Made by a program: the position numbers and the translations under genes. A stretch of DNA of 64,000 nucleotides from NCBI GenBank assembly GCA_964016885.1, contig OZ024742.1:153946001-154010000 (forward strand). Reading direction: 5' to 3'. Shown here piece by piece: positions 41,276 to 57,169 of this stretch. Numbering within the stretch: position 1 is the first letter of the stretch; the number at the start of each line of letters is the position of its first letter. The DNA is from Eledone cirrhosa. Taxonomy: Eukaryota. Under the pieces are notes generated by a model that searched no databases, was not told the origin of the DNA, and saw only the letters and a program-made list of their open reading frames with translations.

Positions 41276-41550
41276 TGTTGTATTCCTCTCGGTACTCGCA
41301 GAGAAAACACAACGAGTTATATCAAATAATGTGTGTAATTTGCGAAACAACCAAAACGCCCCTCCTGGCAGTAGCAGAATAACATAAAGTAAGTAAGTAG
41401 CAGTCTGTGACCGAGTTTTTAATACCAACGCTGACTGACTGCCCAGGTCACGTGATTCATTTGCAAATGTGTGAGCACGTTAAATTGAATAGACATTTAA
41501 CAGTCCATACAGCAATGAGGTTGTGAGTTCGATTCCCAGTCCATACAACA
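41276..41550 (-). repeat. 5' LTR of the Gypsy element
   Basis: Followed on the minus strand by GAGTTTAT-TGGCGTCGCCGATAGGA, a putative PBS. Confidence 0.95.
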
Positions 41551-41835
41551 CTTTTATTTTTTGTTTCTCCTATGTTCTGTCCTACACAATCTTGGTTTGT
41601 TAAAAACAAGATGGTGTAGAACAGAACAAAGCAAAGGAGAGACACAAAATGAAATACCAGACACTGAGAAGTTCACAGAATGTGTGACGTAAGAACCTTG
41701 ACTATATAAAAACAACCATCCTTTATCAAACCGAACAACTAATGGTAAATTTGTTATAAAATTAAGTGAAAACCCTAAGGTGCGTGTGTTTTTATGGGCA
41801 GCATGACCCTCCCAGTGTATAACAATATATTTATA

Positions 41836-41916
<81 letters not shown>

Positions 41917-41979
41917 GTGTATATACACGTATGTATATGTGTATGTATATGTGTATATGCGTACATATATATACATATG

Positions 41980-42059
<80 letters not shown>

Positions 42060-43320
42060 TCTGTGCGTGTTCTAGAAAATAAGGGTGGTGTGGAGTGAAG
42101 CGTGTTTTCAGTGTGCGTGATTATAAACGAGTGTGTGTAATATAACATTGCTCGACAGCGTATATAACATTTCACCTTTTGGGATGTAAGCCAAATGCTG
42201 CTCTTTGTTCTCGTCAAACGTTTTACCAATATTAATTTTAGTCACGAAATATTGTTGGAATCAACAAACCCAATATTTGAATGTTTGAGAAAACCACAAT
42301 ATATCTGTATTTTCGGTGTATTCCGAATATGTAAAGATTGATATAATACCCTATAGAATAACTTTGTAAATGGAAGAAATAGTAAAAAAAAAATTCATAT
42401 TCAACACATGCCAAAGTCAGAAAACATTCTGATAAAGCTGCGCGTTGAAAATGTAGTTGCTTAAATAAGAAATACTTTGGGATTCAAAAGCATCCTGGAT
42501 TACTGTAGCTGAACGACCAGTGACTTGTATTAAGTTTTAACTTGGTAGATATTTTTCTTAGCAATTATATGACATATGTTATCAATTATAGAGTAGTCTT
42601 TGATTTTAAATAAAATAGTGGTTATTGGTATTGTTATAATATTTATTGATATTACTATTGATACATTCATAAACTCGGAAGAACCTAGACAAAAACAATA
42701 GCTTTATGAAAGATTTACGTTATGCTTACGTAGAAAAACTTTGGGAAAACGTTAACGGTACACATGTCATTACATAACTTCATACGTTAACACAAAACGG
42801 AATAATTACAAACATTTATTTATATTGTTTTAAAATTGGAAAGATATTGCAGATCATGAAAATAGAGTGCTATATTTCAAAAACAGCAACGCATCTTATT
42901 CAAGAATCAACTACAATAATTTTTTTTTTATTCCTCCCTATCTTTGCCCTAATAAACATGCTGTTACCTTTTCGTCTTATTTCAGATATTAACTATTAAT
43001 GGCTTAAAACTTTCATTTTTCTGGCCTTTAATCGAGAAAGCAAAGAGACACTCAATGATACATATTACAAACTAAGTGAGGGTACATATTTAGGTTGAGA
43101 GGATGTAGTATTATACAATATTTTACGTTAGTGTAAACTTTAACTAGACCCGATTTACAGTTTTTAAACGTTGTTTATTTTTTTTAAATATTATTTATCA
43201 TTGGGCTGTAGTCATACAAGGTCGCCCCTCATTTTTTGTTCTCGTTGCTATATTGTATGTCTATGTATTAGGCCGTTAATGTACGAAACAAGTACAGAAG
43301 CAATCATAGACACAGGTATG

Positions 43321-43354
<34 letters not shown>

Positions 43355-43751
43355 CACAAACACACACATGGCAAGTTAAAGACGTTAAAACAACCCAAGT
43401 GCCCTTCCTGTTATCAGCAAACCAACAACCCTAGTGTGTCAAGCGAAAAGTGAATTTAAGTGAAATAGCCTTTAATTTAGGACATGTACAATTATCTATT
43501 CCGTTACATTTGATAAGCTATACTTTCAATTGAATATTCTACATCTTTCTGTAACTATTTTCAATTCATTGCCAAATCCAGTGTCTGTCAAATGAAGAAG
43601 TCATTCTCTTGTTGATATATAATTTGGTTGACACAATTCAAGTGTGTTACAATATAATATATATATATGTGAACAATTTACGCTAATTTAGATATTCTTT
43701 TTTTTTTTTTCGTTCTACTAATTCATTTCCATTATTCTTAACTTCGACTTT

Positions 43752-44257
43752 TATAACAGCTTAGTCTTCGTCAACATCCAAAACATAAACATACACATAC
43801 CGACCATATTTAAATATGGATGGATCGCAATGGAGCCCTTCGTCTGGGATGCCATTTGCATCGACACCTTCTGCAGCCGCAACCTGGTGCAGTCTACGAT
43901 TAACCCGGGTTCTTCTGCACGTCGGGCTGAGGAGGCTAAAATCCTCAAATACCGGTCACTCTCCGACAGGTTTGCGGTTGTACACCTGGCAGTGTATACT
44001 TCTGGCGTCCTCGGCCCTAGGGCTACCTCCTTACTCACCACCATAGCGCTGAGCTGGCCAGCCGCAGGTGTGAGCCCCGCGAGTTGGAGTGGCGTTTCCA
44101 GCGCGTCTCCCTTGCCGTCCTCGGGGAAACGCCTTCTTCATTCTGACTGCCGGGGCTGTGGGGTAGGGCGCGGGTGCATCACGTATCATTCCATATTTAA
44201 TTATGGTCGGTATGTGTATGTTTATGTTTTGGATGTTGACTAAGACTAAGCTGTTAT
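43752..44257 (+). mobile_element. CRE-like non-LTR retrotransposon 3' fragment (RLE) bracketed by a ~67-bp inverted repeat
   Basis: FVWDAICIDT, AEEAKILKYRSL, LAVYTSGVLG, then FQRVSLAV..GNA after a frameshift; 43752-43818 is the reverse complement of 44190-44257. Confidence 0.78.
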
Positions 44258-45918
44258 ACTTATATGATTTGTTAAATATTCTGCAAATTTAGATAACACA
44301 TAATTGTACCTGCAAATTTTGCTTGGGCGTATTTACCTTCTGCAATAATGCCTTTCGCAATATGAAAGTTTAAAATAATCTTCTTAACGATTTTAATCCA
44401 AGCCTTAATTTTTAAGAATTTGTATCAATTTTTACGTTCCTTTTTTTGTGTTTTCAGTTTTTCTTTCATTTTGTATTTATATTCACATACAGGGGTATTT
44501 TACTTTACAATCTCAAGACAATATGCTGTTATTAGATTCTCTGATACATTCAAATGAACTTAGTGGTTCCTTCCCACGTATATAGTTTGCTGATAAATAT
44601 ATTTGCCAGACTATTTCCACTATTATGTGACAATCTGTAGAATTGATTTTCTATCATTCTTTATCGTATCTTCCTTACATCTTAATCAGTTCGGTTTCCA
44701 CGTGCCGATACACGAGCAAATACTGTAGTCAAAGTCGATTCATTTAAAGTTTCCGAATCTTAATCAAAATACCTATAGCATGTACATATAGACTACATTA
44801 TATAGTGTAATATATAATTTCGTTAAAGGGAAAAGCTTTAAAATGTGTGTTTTTTAATTAAAATGAATGGTAAAAAAAACAACATTCAAACGAAAGTCAC
44901 AGAAACCCGCGGTCATCAGCCGTTGAGATGGACGGAGGCAGTTTCGACTACGCCCAATGGTATTGTTAGTCCATCCAGGGTCACAACGTCTGACAAACAA
45001 GCCAAAGCGCTGTTCCTGTATTAAAAGAGAAGGAAAAACAATAACTTACAGCAATCACCTCATACGTACACATATAATTTCATGTGACGACTAGGAGAAT
45101 TTATTGCGCTCTTTATGGCAAAGATAGTCTCGTGAGATTTTAAAAAAAAAAGAGATAATAAAAGAAAAAGAAAATACAAAAGGCAAGAAGAATAAAGTAA
45201 GAATCGTGTTAAAAAGTGTAATTCATTGAATTTATTGTCGGGGAGTTGGGAGAATGAAGACAATCGTCACAGATTAATGATTATAAAATTAGGCTAATTT
45301 ACAACGGAAAAGAAGATCAAAAACACGTCAGAGCGAAAAATATCTTTTTAAAGGGGAAAAGTTTAAAAAAATATTTTTCCAATAAAAAACAATGGCAAGA
45401 TATGATAATCGAAATACATAGAGCACGAAGTTCTTCAGCTGATCGGATGGACTTCAGTAGTTTCAACCCCGGATTATTTCCTTGGAATGAAACAGTTCTT
45501 GTCCTGAAGAAGCCATTTCTATATTATTTTTTGTGTATACATTCTACTAATGTATTGAGTACCTTACTTACTGTCGTTGCCTCCGATTAAACCCGACGCA
45601 CACACACACATATATATATAAATATATATATATATGTGTGTGTGAGTGTGCTTATTTATATATAATACGTAGATTGCCGAGTTGTCTGTAAGTTCAGTTA
45701 AAAAAAGTGTTCAATACATTGGTAGTGTATAGCCATCTGTATATAGACAGGCTGCCCTTCTACCCATGCCAACAACAGTGACCTGCCATTGTGATTCTAC
45801 CTGACACTTCCACTAGACAGTGCCTCTAGTCATGCAGTACTTTTATATTTATGTCTTATTTAAGTTTTTTTCTTTTTTCTTCTTTCCCACTAACTCCCCT
45901 CGCCGTTTTATTTCCATT

Positions 45919-45993
45919 CCTTCTTCTTCTTCTTCTTCTTCTTCTTCTTCTTTTTTTTCTTCTTCTTCTTCTTCTTCTTCTTCTTCTTCTTCT

Positions 45994-46024
<31 letters not shown>

Positions 46025-46025
46025 A
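45919..46025 (+). repeat. (TTC)n microsatellite
   Basis: Direct reading. Confidence 0.97.
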
Positions 46026-48454
46026 TCTTCCTTTTCTTCCCTTCATTTCCCTTAAGTTCGAGAAATTTTCCGGCGAAAATAGAAGAGGTATCTAGACGAA
46101 ACCTCCGGGAGACCCTCTACTTTCCGTACAATATTCCCAGCACTAGTAAATAATGTTTTACCAAACTGTATGTAATTGACCTTTCAGATTATATAATTAC
46201 TGATGACTTAACAAAATAAAGCAAAGAATGGTGTCTGCCGGTGTCTGGCTAGACCAGGCTCAAAGTAACCGCAACATTGAAATATTTCAATAAACTGAGA
46301 TAATACTTGCTGTAGTCTGATATTTCGCCAAGTTAGAAACATCTCATCTCTCTCTCTCTCTCTGTATATATATATATATTTATATATATATATATAAATG
46401 TGTGTGTGTGTAACTATCTATCTGTTTATCTCTCCATCTCTTACTTCCTGACTCTCTCTGTCCCTCTATCACACACACTTCCTCTATCTCTTCCTTTCTC
46501 TCTCTATATCTCTCTCTCCCCCCCTCTCTCTATATCTCTCTCTCTCACTTTCTTGCAAGCTATGAATCCCTAGGAATCCCACAAAAATGTAAAATACACT
46601 GATGCATCATGCAGGGTTTAAAAGGATTAATAAATATTAAAACAAATATTCGAAAACAATTTAAATATTTTCGCATATATAGTTAATGCTTCCAGATGTT
46701 TACTAACTTGAAATGTCTGTTTGGAAGAAAGTAGAAGGGTTAATAGCAGATACTAAATAATAATCATATCACCGAATTATTTAGCTATTTAACATTCAAG
46801 TAGAAACTACCGAGGAGATCAATAACATTGAATTACTTTCGACAGGAAGAATCGGTGATCAATCAATCTCGGTTGTGGATGCCAAATATTGTGGACAAAA
46901 CGGGAATACATGAGAGAAAAGAAATTCTAACTGCTCATACATAAATAAGACTCATGCCGTAACCAACAGAGTTAGAAGCAAACTTAACGTAACTTTCAAT
47001 ATATTTCTACTTTGTAAGTACAAAAATATTCATACAGATTTATATCATGTTTTATATATATAATACAACACAGTAATGTTATCATCATATATCATTTGAA
47101 GTTAATATATTTCAAACCTAGGTGTACTGCTAACTATCCACTTTTTGAAACGATTTAAAGAAATGTCATTTCAATATTAACATTATATGATACTCATTTG
47201 AAAATAAAGTGAAGTGATATAAGTTCCAGACAAGGTTTGATTTCGTTCTGTCTTAAGAAGGGAGCGTGATGCTATAAAAATATCGGCCTCAAACAAAATT
47301 GCTTCAAGGCATGCAACAACATGGAATGAAGATTTCGTGTCTCCCAATGCAGCATCGGAAATAAATTTTAAAAAAAGATATATCTGAAATTTGAAGTAGA
47401 ATTTTCAATAAAATCTGTGATAATTGTATTAAAGGAATTTTTTCTAATGGATAACATGTTTGAAATTCACATTTAGCCGGTCGCAGGCAAGTCAATTATT
47501 TCACAAACATACTACGTAATGCATATGTGAAATATTAATGCATTTCTAAGAGATACAACTCATCGTTAGGATATTCAACTATAAACTCTAGAATTCAAGT
47601 CATCAACCGAGTCTACAAGGTTCAATGAATTTACAGAAAAGAAAATCAGCTGAAATAATTTGATTGTGTGTAGTTTATATGATTCGATGAAGATTATTTC
47701 AATTATTCGATAACTATACTTATTAAAACATATATCGTATAATGAGTTGCGTATTTCATGTACACTAATACTTTCACGTAATCCTCCGAGAGTGTAAATG
47801 TTACAGGCTGTGTGGCAATGTTGCACGTTTGAAGTACGTCTACTGTTTTCTGACAGGCTTCCTCAAATGCCCCTTCAACATACATCTGCTTGCAAGACTT
47901 ACGTCGAAACGACGTCCGGCAGCATTTTCATTTGGGGTAATACTGGACAATAGGATCTAACATGAGCCTTATCATTTTCAAGTAAATATTTAAACGATCC
48001 AGCTGTATATTTAGCACGTATGAGTGGTGGGGTAACGGAAATAATCTAACGTTTACCTTAAAAACAGGTAACAAAAGAAAGAAACCAGACAGTTAAATGA
48101 GAATAGGCAGTAGTAAGAAATATGTATGCTTGTAATATAAATTAATATTATATTTTTCATTGCTTAAGATAAACAACTGTCCAATTACCTTTGCAGACAT
48201 GAAATGCATTAGCTTATAATTCAACGAAGAGAAATATATTCAGAATATTACTGTTTATATCTTAGAATACTGAATCACTTTCTGTATGTAAACCGAAAAC
48301 AGATAGCTGCGGAGAGTTAAAAAGAAAACAAAACTCAGATCGTATATTAGTATAAATCATTGTCACATAGCTCAGGGGATTGGATGGAAAAGATATTGCA
48401 GACATCAGACGGAAATCAAGGTGTATATTGTTTAACTTGAAATTAAGTATATTA

Positions 48455-49570
48455 CTAGCTGATGTACCCAGCTTCGCCCGGGTAAACAGATGATAATAGA
48501 AGACAGTTAAAAGAGAACATGACTGTATTGTATGTTTGTCTGGTTACAGTATGAGCGAGTCCGTAGTGTCTGTGTGATACAGAAAACAGTAAAAAAAATC
48601 TTCCAGATATACCAGATTCTTCGTTGTACCGTTTGTGCATAGTATATGAACAATTCTAGCTGCTCCCTCTTAGAATAGTGACCTCTAGGAGAAGGTTCAT
48701 CTTCTGCCTGACTGTAAAACGTGTATCATTGCATAGACGTAGTTGTTCCACGCTTCTCAAAAGGATGATGGAAGTTTCAATATTATATGTAGATATAGAT
48801 ATAGATAATTAATATAGAAGATGATGTTCAGCCAGTTCGTCTTCAACCCTCGCAGCACGCCGTCGTTGCTTGGCTCCAGTGTTTCGTTGTCGTTGTTCAG
48901 CCAGCTCCTCTTCATTCATGGCGACACGTCTTCGCTTCTGAAGTTCGGCGTTCCGATGGCGCTGTTCGGCCCGTTTTCTTCATTCCTGGCTGCACGCCGT
49001 CGTCGCTGTAGTTCACTGTTTGATAAAGTCGAATTGCTTTTATCATCAGTATTCATTTCGAGCAATTGTCAAAAAATGACAATAATAAATATAAAAGATG
49101 TGCGTCAATGTAAAAAAAAAAAGGTCCCTATTTACTCCCTTCACAACTCTGTGTATTTTAAACTGACAGACAGCCACACAGACAGATAAACTGCGTGGCG
49201 ATTGTGGAACGCCCCACGTACACACATACACGCATGGAAACGCGCACACGCACGCAAATGTACACACGCACCCGTGCACTAACGCACACTTACACACTCA
49301 CGTTTTTACTTTCTGTGAAACGCTGCACGCACGCACACACTCACATAAACATACGCGCACGTACATACACATGAACACATGGTAATAGTTACAGCGTTCA
49401 CTTTGCCTCTTTGTTTCTTACTCTCCCCTCTCATTCCCTCGTTGGCATTATGCGTATTAATTTAAGTTTGACGTCGTTGAGGTGGGCGGAGTCGTTTGAA
49501 ACCTATGGAGCAATGATAATCTAGAATTATGACACACGGAATACTGACGTTGTTAACATTAATATATAGA
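48455..49570 (-). mobile_element. Probable non-autonomous Helitron
   Basis: Minus-strand 3' end ACCCGGGCGAAGCTGGGT hairpin then CTAG|T; candidate 5' end A|TCTATATATT at 49570, alternative near 48805. Confidence 0.55.
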
Positions 49571-50624
49571 TGTTGATGAACAAAAATCAAAAAGAAAAAT
49601 GACTAATATGAGATTACGTTCAGTGCAGTTGAAATACTGAGGGGGAAATATGTGGCTAACTGATTTCTAAAAGAATTATTGGATTGGGAAGATTAGAGAG
49701 AATATTAGTGTGGAATAGTGATATAAAGTCATATATATTAGGGAAGGAAAGTAGTTTGAATAAATTTATTGAGAACATAAATATTTATATTGAACAATCT
49801 AAATGGGCTGGAAATGGAATGTATCCTGTCGCAATGCAGTGTTTTAGTGATCTCATACGATTAATTAATAGTCAGGTTTTTAAGTTAAAATCAGAACTAT
49901 ATGTAGTAAATATAGAACAGGAAATCCAACAGGAGAGAATGAGTATAATTAGAAGAAATATGATTAGTATTTTAACAACAAATAAACAGTCTCAGTAGAA
50001 GGAAACTCCACAAATGAAAGACAAGATTATATGAAAGATTAAAGTTGTTTTAATTGTGTTATAGACTTAATTATATTCTATTTGAAATATTGTATATATG
50101 TGGTCAGTACTATGCCAGCCACCATATGGTACTGACAGATCTATATAGTTTACGCTCAGAAAGAGAGAAATACATATTGAACCAGTGAAAAGTTATTGGG
50201 TACTGATATGAATTTTCCGATATTTCTACTGACATTTTATCAAATACGCGTATCTAAGAATATATTGATTGCTATATGAAATTAGTTTGCCACTGATTCT
50301 AAGAAATAACAAGCAAACAAATGAACAAACTGAAAAAAGGATATGAAACTTAAGAACACAATAAAAACTTTGACCACATTTACATATAATACTGTATATT
50401 TTACCATGTGTGACTTTTGAATTGATAATTGTTGACTGCATAAGCAAGCAGCACCTGGTACACAAGCTTTGGATTCATAACTATTCTCTTGAACATTAGA
50501 TACGTACGTGAAGTGAGATTCTTAACTGCATTGGAAATTTCCAATCGACCAATAGATTCAGTTGGTTGGCAACATCCAGACACTGTTTGCTCTGCTGTAA
50601 TTTTCGCACACCAACCACATCATT

Positions 50625-51145
50625 CGACATTCACTTTTCATATCTCATATCTCACTCCAATCATTTCTCATTCTCATATACACACCCGGTATTTCTGATT
50701 CATTGTGATAGTTTCCGCATATCTCAAATCTCATATATAATATATCATACCCTGAATTTGCAGTTTACTCCGATAGTCTTCTCATCCTCATAGCTCATAG
50801 CTCACATTCCAAATTTCTCATTTATTGCGATACTCTGCTCATTACATATCTCAAACCTCACTGCCGACATTGCACTTTCACTGCTATACTTCTCTCATAT
50901 TTCAAATCTCACTCCCGACATTTCTCGTTCACTGTGATAGTCTTCTCATTCACATGTTTCATACTACATTTCCTACATTCACTTCTATAGTCTTACCATT
51001 CTCATATCTTAACATTTCTGAAACACTGCGATGATCTTCTCGTATCTCATCTCTCATACCTCACTCCGGAAATTTTCATTTACTGCTACAGCCGTCTCAT
51101 TCCCATTCTCATATCCCATACCTTATTCACGACATTCCTCATTCT
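50625..51145. repeat. Degenerate ~45-50-bp minisatellite
   Basis: Recurrent CTCATATCTC...CTCACTCCGACATTTCTCATTCACTGCGATAGT-like unit. Confidence 0.65.
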
Positions 51146-51287
51146 CTTCCTCTACCGATTCCCTTTAAACGGTCATTAAATGAGCAGTCCCTCAAAGGCT
51201 GTCTCACCGACAGAAACGTCAGAAATGTCCACAATTTATTGCAACCAAACGTATTGTCCCCTAAACTACATCTTATAAAACATATAC

Positions 51288-51468
51288 TAATAATTGTTTC
51301 TACTTTAGGCACAAGGCCAACAATAGCCCAGTGCATTAGTGGTACTTTATTTTATCGACCCCGTAAGGATGAAAGGCAAAGTCAACCTCGGCGGGATTTG
51401 AACTCAGATCGTAAAGGGACGTAACTATGCTGGAAAGCATGGCGTCCGATCCTCCACCGATACTACCA
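51288..51468 (-). mobile_element. SINE family A
   Basis: Reverse complement of 51601-51790. Confidence 0.9.
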
Positions 51469-51600
51469 AAAATAGGTTTTTGTCTTCAACCTCGATGTAT
51501 TAGCAAAAACATAGAGGCTCAGTCGTTTATGTTCCATCCAGTAATAACTTTTTCTTTCATTATTTGTTTCTTTCATTATTTCGTTCTACGTTATAAGTAG

Positions 51601-51790
51601 GGCGGTAGATTGGCAGTATCGGTAGAGGGTCGGACGCCATGCTTTCCAGCATAGTTACGTCCCTTTACGATCTGAGTTCAAATCCCGCCGAGGTTGACTT
51701 TGCCTTTCATCCTTACGGGGTCGATAAAATAAAGTACCAGTAATGCACTGGGTAATTGCTGGCCTTGTGCCTAAAGTAGAAACAATTATT
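51601..51790 (+). mobile_element. SINE family A with 18-bp target-site duplication
   Basis: ATTATTTCGTTCTACGTT at 51575-51592 and 51785-51802; A and B boxes intact. Confidence 0.92.
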
Positions 51791-52035
51791 TCGTTCTACG
51801 TTTATGTATTCAATATTTGCATTTCATTCATGACGGGTCGATAACGTAATTTCCTGTAATTTACCAATTTAACGACATTGCTTGGGATAAGGAAGATTAC
51901 CTTTCCTCTGCAGATCTTAGATATAAATGTATTATTATGATTATATTATTGTTTTGTATCTGTGCTGTAGAATATTATCATTAGTATCGTGACTTAGTTT
52001 TGGAATTTTATCATTTATTAGTTCACCTACTAAGG

Positions 52036-52069
<34 letters not shown>

Positions 52070-52393
52070 TGCGTGTGTATGTCTGTGTATTTTAAATGGG
52101 TGAGAATATGTGTGATTGGGGATGCATCTTATTCATTGATCAATTGTCCTTTATATCAATATGATATAGATCTGTCAAAATATCATCAGGAATTTTATAT
52201 AAGATGACATCGAACGGGGCTAACTCAATATTTTTCAGAATATGTCAATAAGGATTAAATCTTTCAAACCGAAAAAAAAATAACATATAGTGAAGCATAG
52301 CTCTGAGGGAAATATGGGTCATTTTACACGTATACTTTCACACACAATAAGACAAGCGAAGGTACATATATTACACATATCCATATATATATA

Positions 52394-52439
<46 letters not shown>

Positions 52440-52473
52440 AGGGGTTGTGTGGGTGTGCGTGTATATATATATG

Positions 52474-52514
<41 letters not shown>

Positions 52515-52525
52515 GTATATATGTA

Positions 52526-52558
<33 letters not shown>

Positions 52559-52891
52559 TTAATTTAGGAATTAAATTTTGTTCTCATATATGCAGATGCG
52601 AGTGTGTGTGTATGTGTGCGTGTAATGGGCATGTGTAGGTGTGAGTGCGAGTACGTGTGTGTCTAAATAGAATTAGACATATGACGTTCAAAACAGATTA
52701 TTTTAAATATGTAATCAATAAAATATAGTTTTTCATTAATCGAGAAACATCAAAGGTAACACGGATGCAAACATCTCTCATTTCCTCTCTCTGTTTTTAT
52801 TTCATTTTATACACATACAAACACATTTACACACACAGGTTTGGACATACACGCAGAGACACACAAGCACACACACCCACGAGCCACATAG

Positions 52892-53476
<585 letters not shown>

Positions 53477-53569
53477 GTTTAAGCGTCAGTCATACAAAAG
53501 TGAGTTACAAACGAAACGAAATTTAATTTCGTTTCGTTATTTGTTTTTATATATATATATATATATATA

Positions 53570-53767
53570 TAACGAAGGAAATGTGGTAAGGAACCAGGTG
53601 GACCATAACGCACCAAAGTACTCATTACTTAGGGTAGTAGAGTGGGTAATAGGAACGAGTAGGACCCCGACGGCTGAGCTCAAGCCGTTTCGACATCTAA
53701 TTCTTAGTCCTAGAATTAGCCGTCGAAACGGCTTGAGCTCAGCCGTCGGGGTCCTACTCGTTCCTAT
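53570..53767. repeat. Second copy of the short fold-back element
   Basis: Arms ~53649-53704 and ~53712-53767; same sequence as 26788-26978 with a different centre. Confidence 0.85.
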
Positions 53768-53807
53768 ATATATATATATATATATATACATATATATAAA
53801 TATATAC

Positions 53808-53877
<70 letters not shown>

Positions 53878-53935
53878 ATAATAATATATCTGAAGACTAG
53901 AATCCAAAGAGGGCTCGATAAGGATAGATCTATAA

Positions 53936-53998
<63 letters not shown>

Positions 53999-54034
53999 CA
54001 CACACACACACACACAATCACACACACACACACC

Positions 54035-54101
<67 letters not shown>

Positions 54102-54456
54102 ATAATAATAAATTTGAAGACTAAAATCCACAGAGGGCTCGATAATGATAAATATATATAAAATATATAAGAACCGTAAAGCAAATATTTATTAAAATAA
54201 CAGATTAAAGTTTAAAGCAAAGAATCGCTGCTTTCACACTTAACGGGATCTTCTGAAACTAACAAAGTCAATCTGTAAACGCAGAAGTGGATATTTCAAA
54301 AAACGTTGCAACCGGAGGAAGACAGGAATACGATACTTTGGTTCGTGGAAACGCTCCCTGGCAAAAAACGGGAAAAAACGAATATAATACGTCATTAATA
54401 GGAGCGGTGAAAAACAATTACGCGATTCTTTGCTTAAACTTTAATCTGTTATTTTA

Positions 54457-54527
<71 letters not shown>

Positions 54528-54594
54528 CAGGTTTAGCAAATAATGAAAAAGTTTTAATATAAATTTAAAAAAATTGACTTAACTTACTATAGTT

Positions 54595-54678
54595 ACCTTT
54601 ACCGAATCGGTTTCGAATCTCAAAAATAAACGGAGACCATACGGCCTTCGTTCCAAAGAAAGATTCTCGTCAGAAGTT
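54595..54678 (-). ncRNA. Type I hammerhead motif, unit 1
   Basis: AACTT-CTGACGA-GAATCT...AGATTC-GAAA-CCG att CGG-TA-AAGGT. Confidence 0.72.
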
Positions 54679-55077
54679 TCTTTTCATTCGAAGAATATAA
54701 AATTATTGAATTTAAATTACGAACTAGCGCTATCCAAAACTGTTCCCGATATGAGAGTAAATGAAGTGGAATCAATTTTTTGAAGGGCCTAAGTAAAGAT
54801 CGAGGCAGAGGAATGTAGGTGAAACGGCCACCACTATCACTAGCAGCAGTCGGAACGACCAAATCTTTTTCTCAACATAGAGGAGTTTAGTAATAATAGG
54901 ATATGTATTCCTACACGCACAAAGCGCTAAGGGACACATGTATTGTCCAACCATATGCCAATGTGGTTCAATGGCAGGTTAATAAATTAACGAGCCAGAA
55001 CATATATAATCAGGTTTAGCAAATAATGAACAAGTTTTTAAATAAATTTTAAAAAATTGACTTTACTTACTATAGTT

Positions 55078-55161
55078 ACCTTTACCGAAACGGTTTCGAA
55101 TCTCAAAAATAAACGGAGACCATACGGCCTTCAATGCAAAGAAAGATTCTCGTCAGAAGGT
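55078..55161 (-). ncRNA. Type I hammerhead motif, unit 2 (all three stems paired)
   Basis: ACCTT-CTGACGA-GAATCT...AGATTC-GAAA-CCG ttt CGG-TA-AAGGT. Confidence 0.82.
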
Positions 55162-55753
55162 TCTTTTCATTCGAAGAATATAAAATTCTTGAATTTAAAT
55201 TACGAACTAGCGCCATCCAAAACTGTTCCTGAGATGAGAGTAAATGAAGTGGAATCAATTTTTTCAAGGGCCGAAGTAAAGATCGAGGCAGAGGGAGATA
55301 GGTCAAACGGCCACCACTATCACTAGCAGCAGTCGGAACGACCACATTTTTTCTCAAAATAGAGGAGAATAGTAATAATAGGATATGTGTTCCTACACGC
55401 ACAAGGCGCTAAGGGACACATGTACTGTCCAACCATATGCCAATGTGGTTCAATGGCAGGTTAATAAATTAACGAGCCAGAACATATATAATCAGGTTTA
55501 GCAAATAATGAAAAAGTTTCAAACTGAATTTTAAAAAATTGACTTTACTTACTATAGTTACCTTTACCAAATCGGTTTCGAATCTCAAAAATAAACGGAG
55601 ACCACACGGCCTTCGTTGCAAAGAAAGATTCTCGTCGAAGTCCGTATGGTCTCCGTTTATTTTCGAAACCGATTCGCTAAAGGTAACTATAGTAAGTAAA
55701 GTCAATTTTTTTAAATTTATTTTGAAACTTTTTCATTATTTGCTAAACCTGAT

Positions 55754-57169
<1,416 letters not shown>

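Larger units (their letters stand above)
36527..41550 (-). mobile_element. Full-length Ty3/Gypsy LTR retrotransposon, inactivated
   Basis: Two ~275-bp LTRs with TGTTGTA...TACAACA ends; 5-bp TSD CTTTT (36522-36526, 41551-41555); order gag-PR-RT-RH-IN; polypurine tract GGTGGGGAGG next to the 3' LTR. Confidence 0.96.

Noticed and set aside
41510-41545. tRNA T-arm or B-box-like GTGAGTTCGATTCCC in the Gypsy LTR
   Set aside because: No A box or cloverleaf; not a tRNA gene
44905-44955. Minus-strand GAAAC...CTGATGA suggesting a type II hammerhead
   Set aside because: Stems I and II do not pair in the required register
54620-55402. 80-99-aa ORFs repeated in the 482-bp units
   Set aside because: Starts and frames are not conserved between units; no recognisable domain
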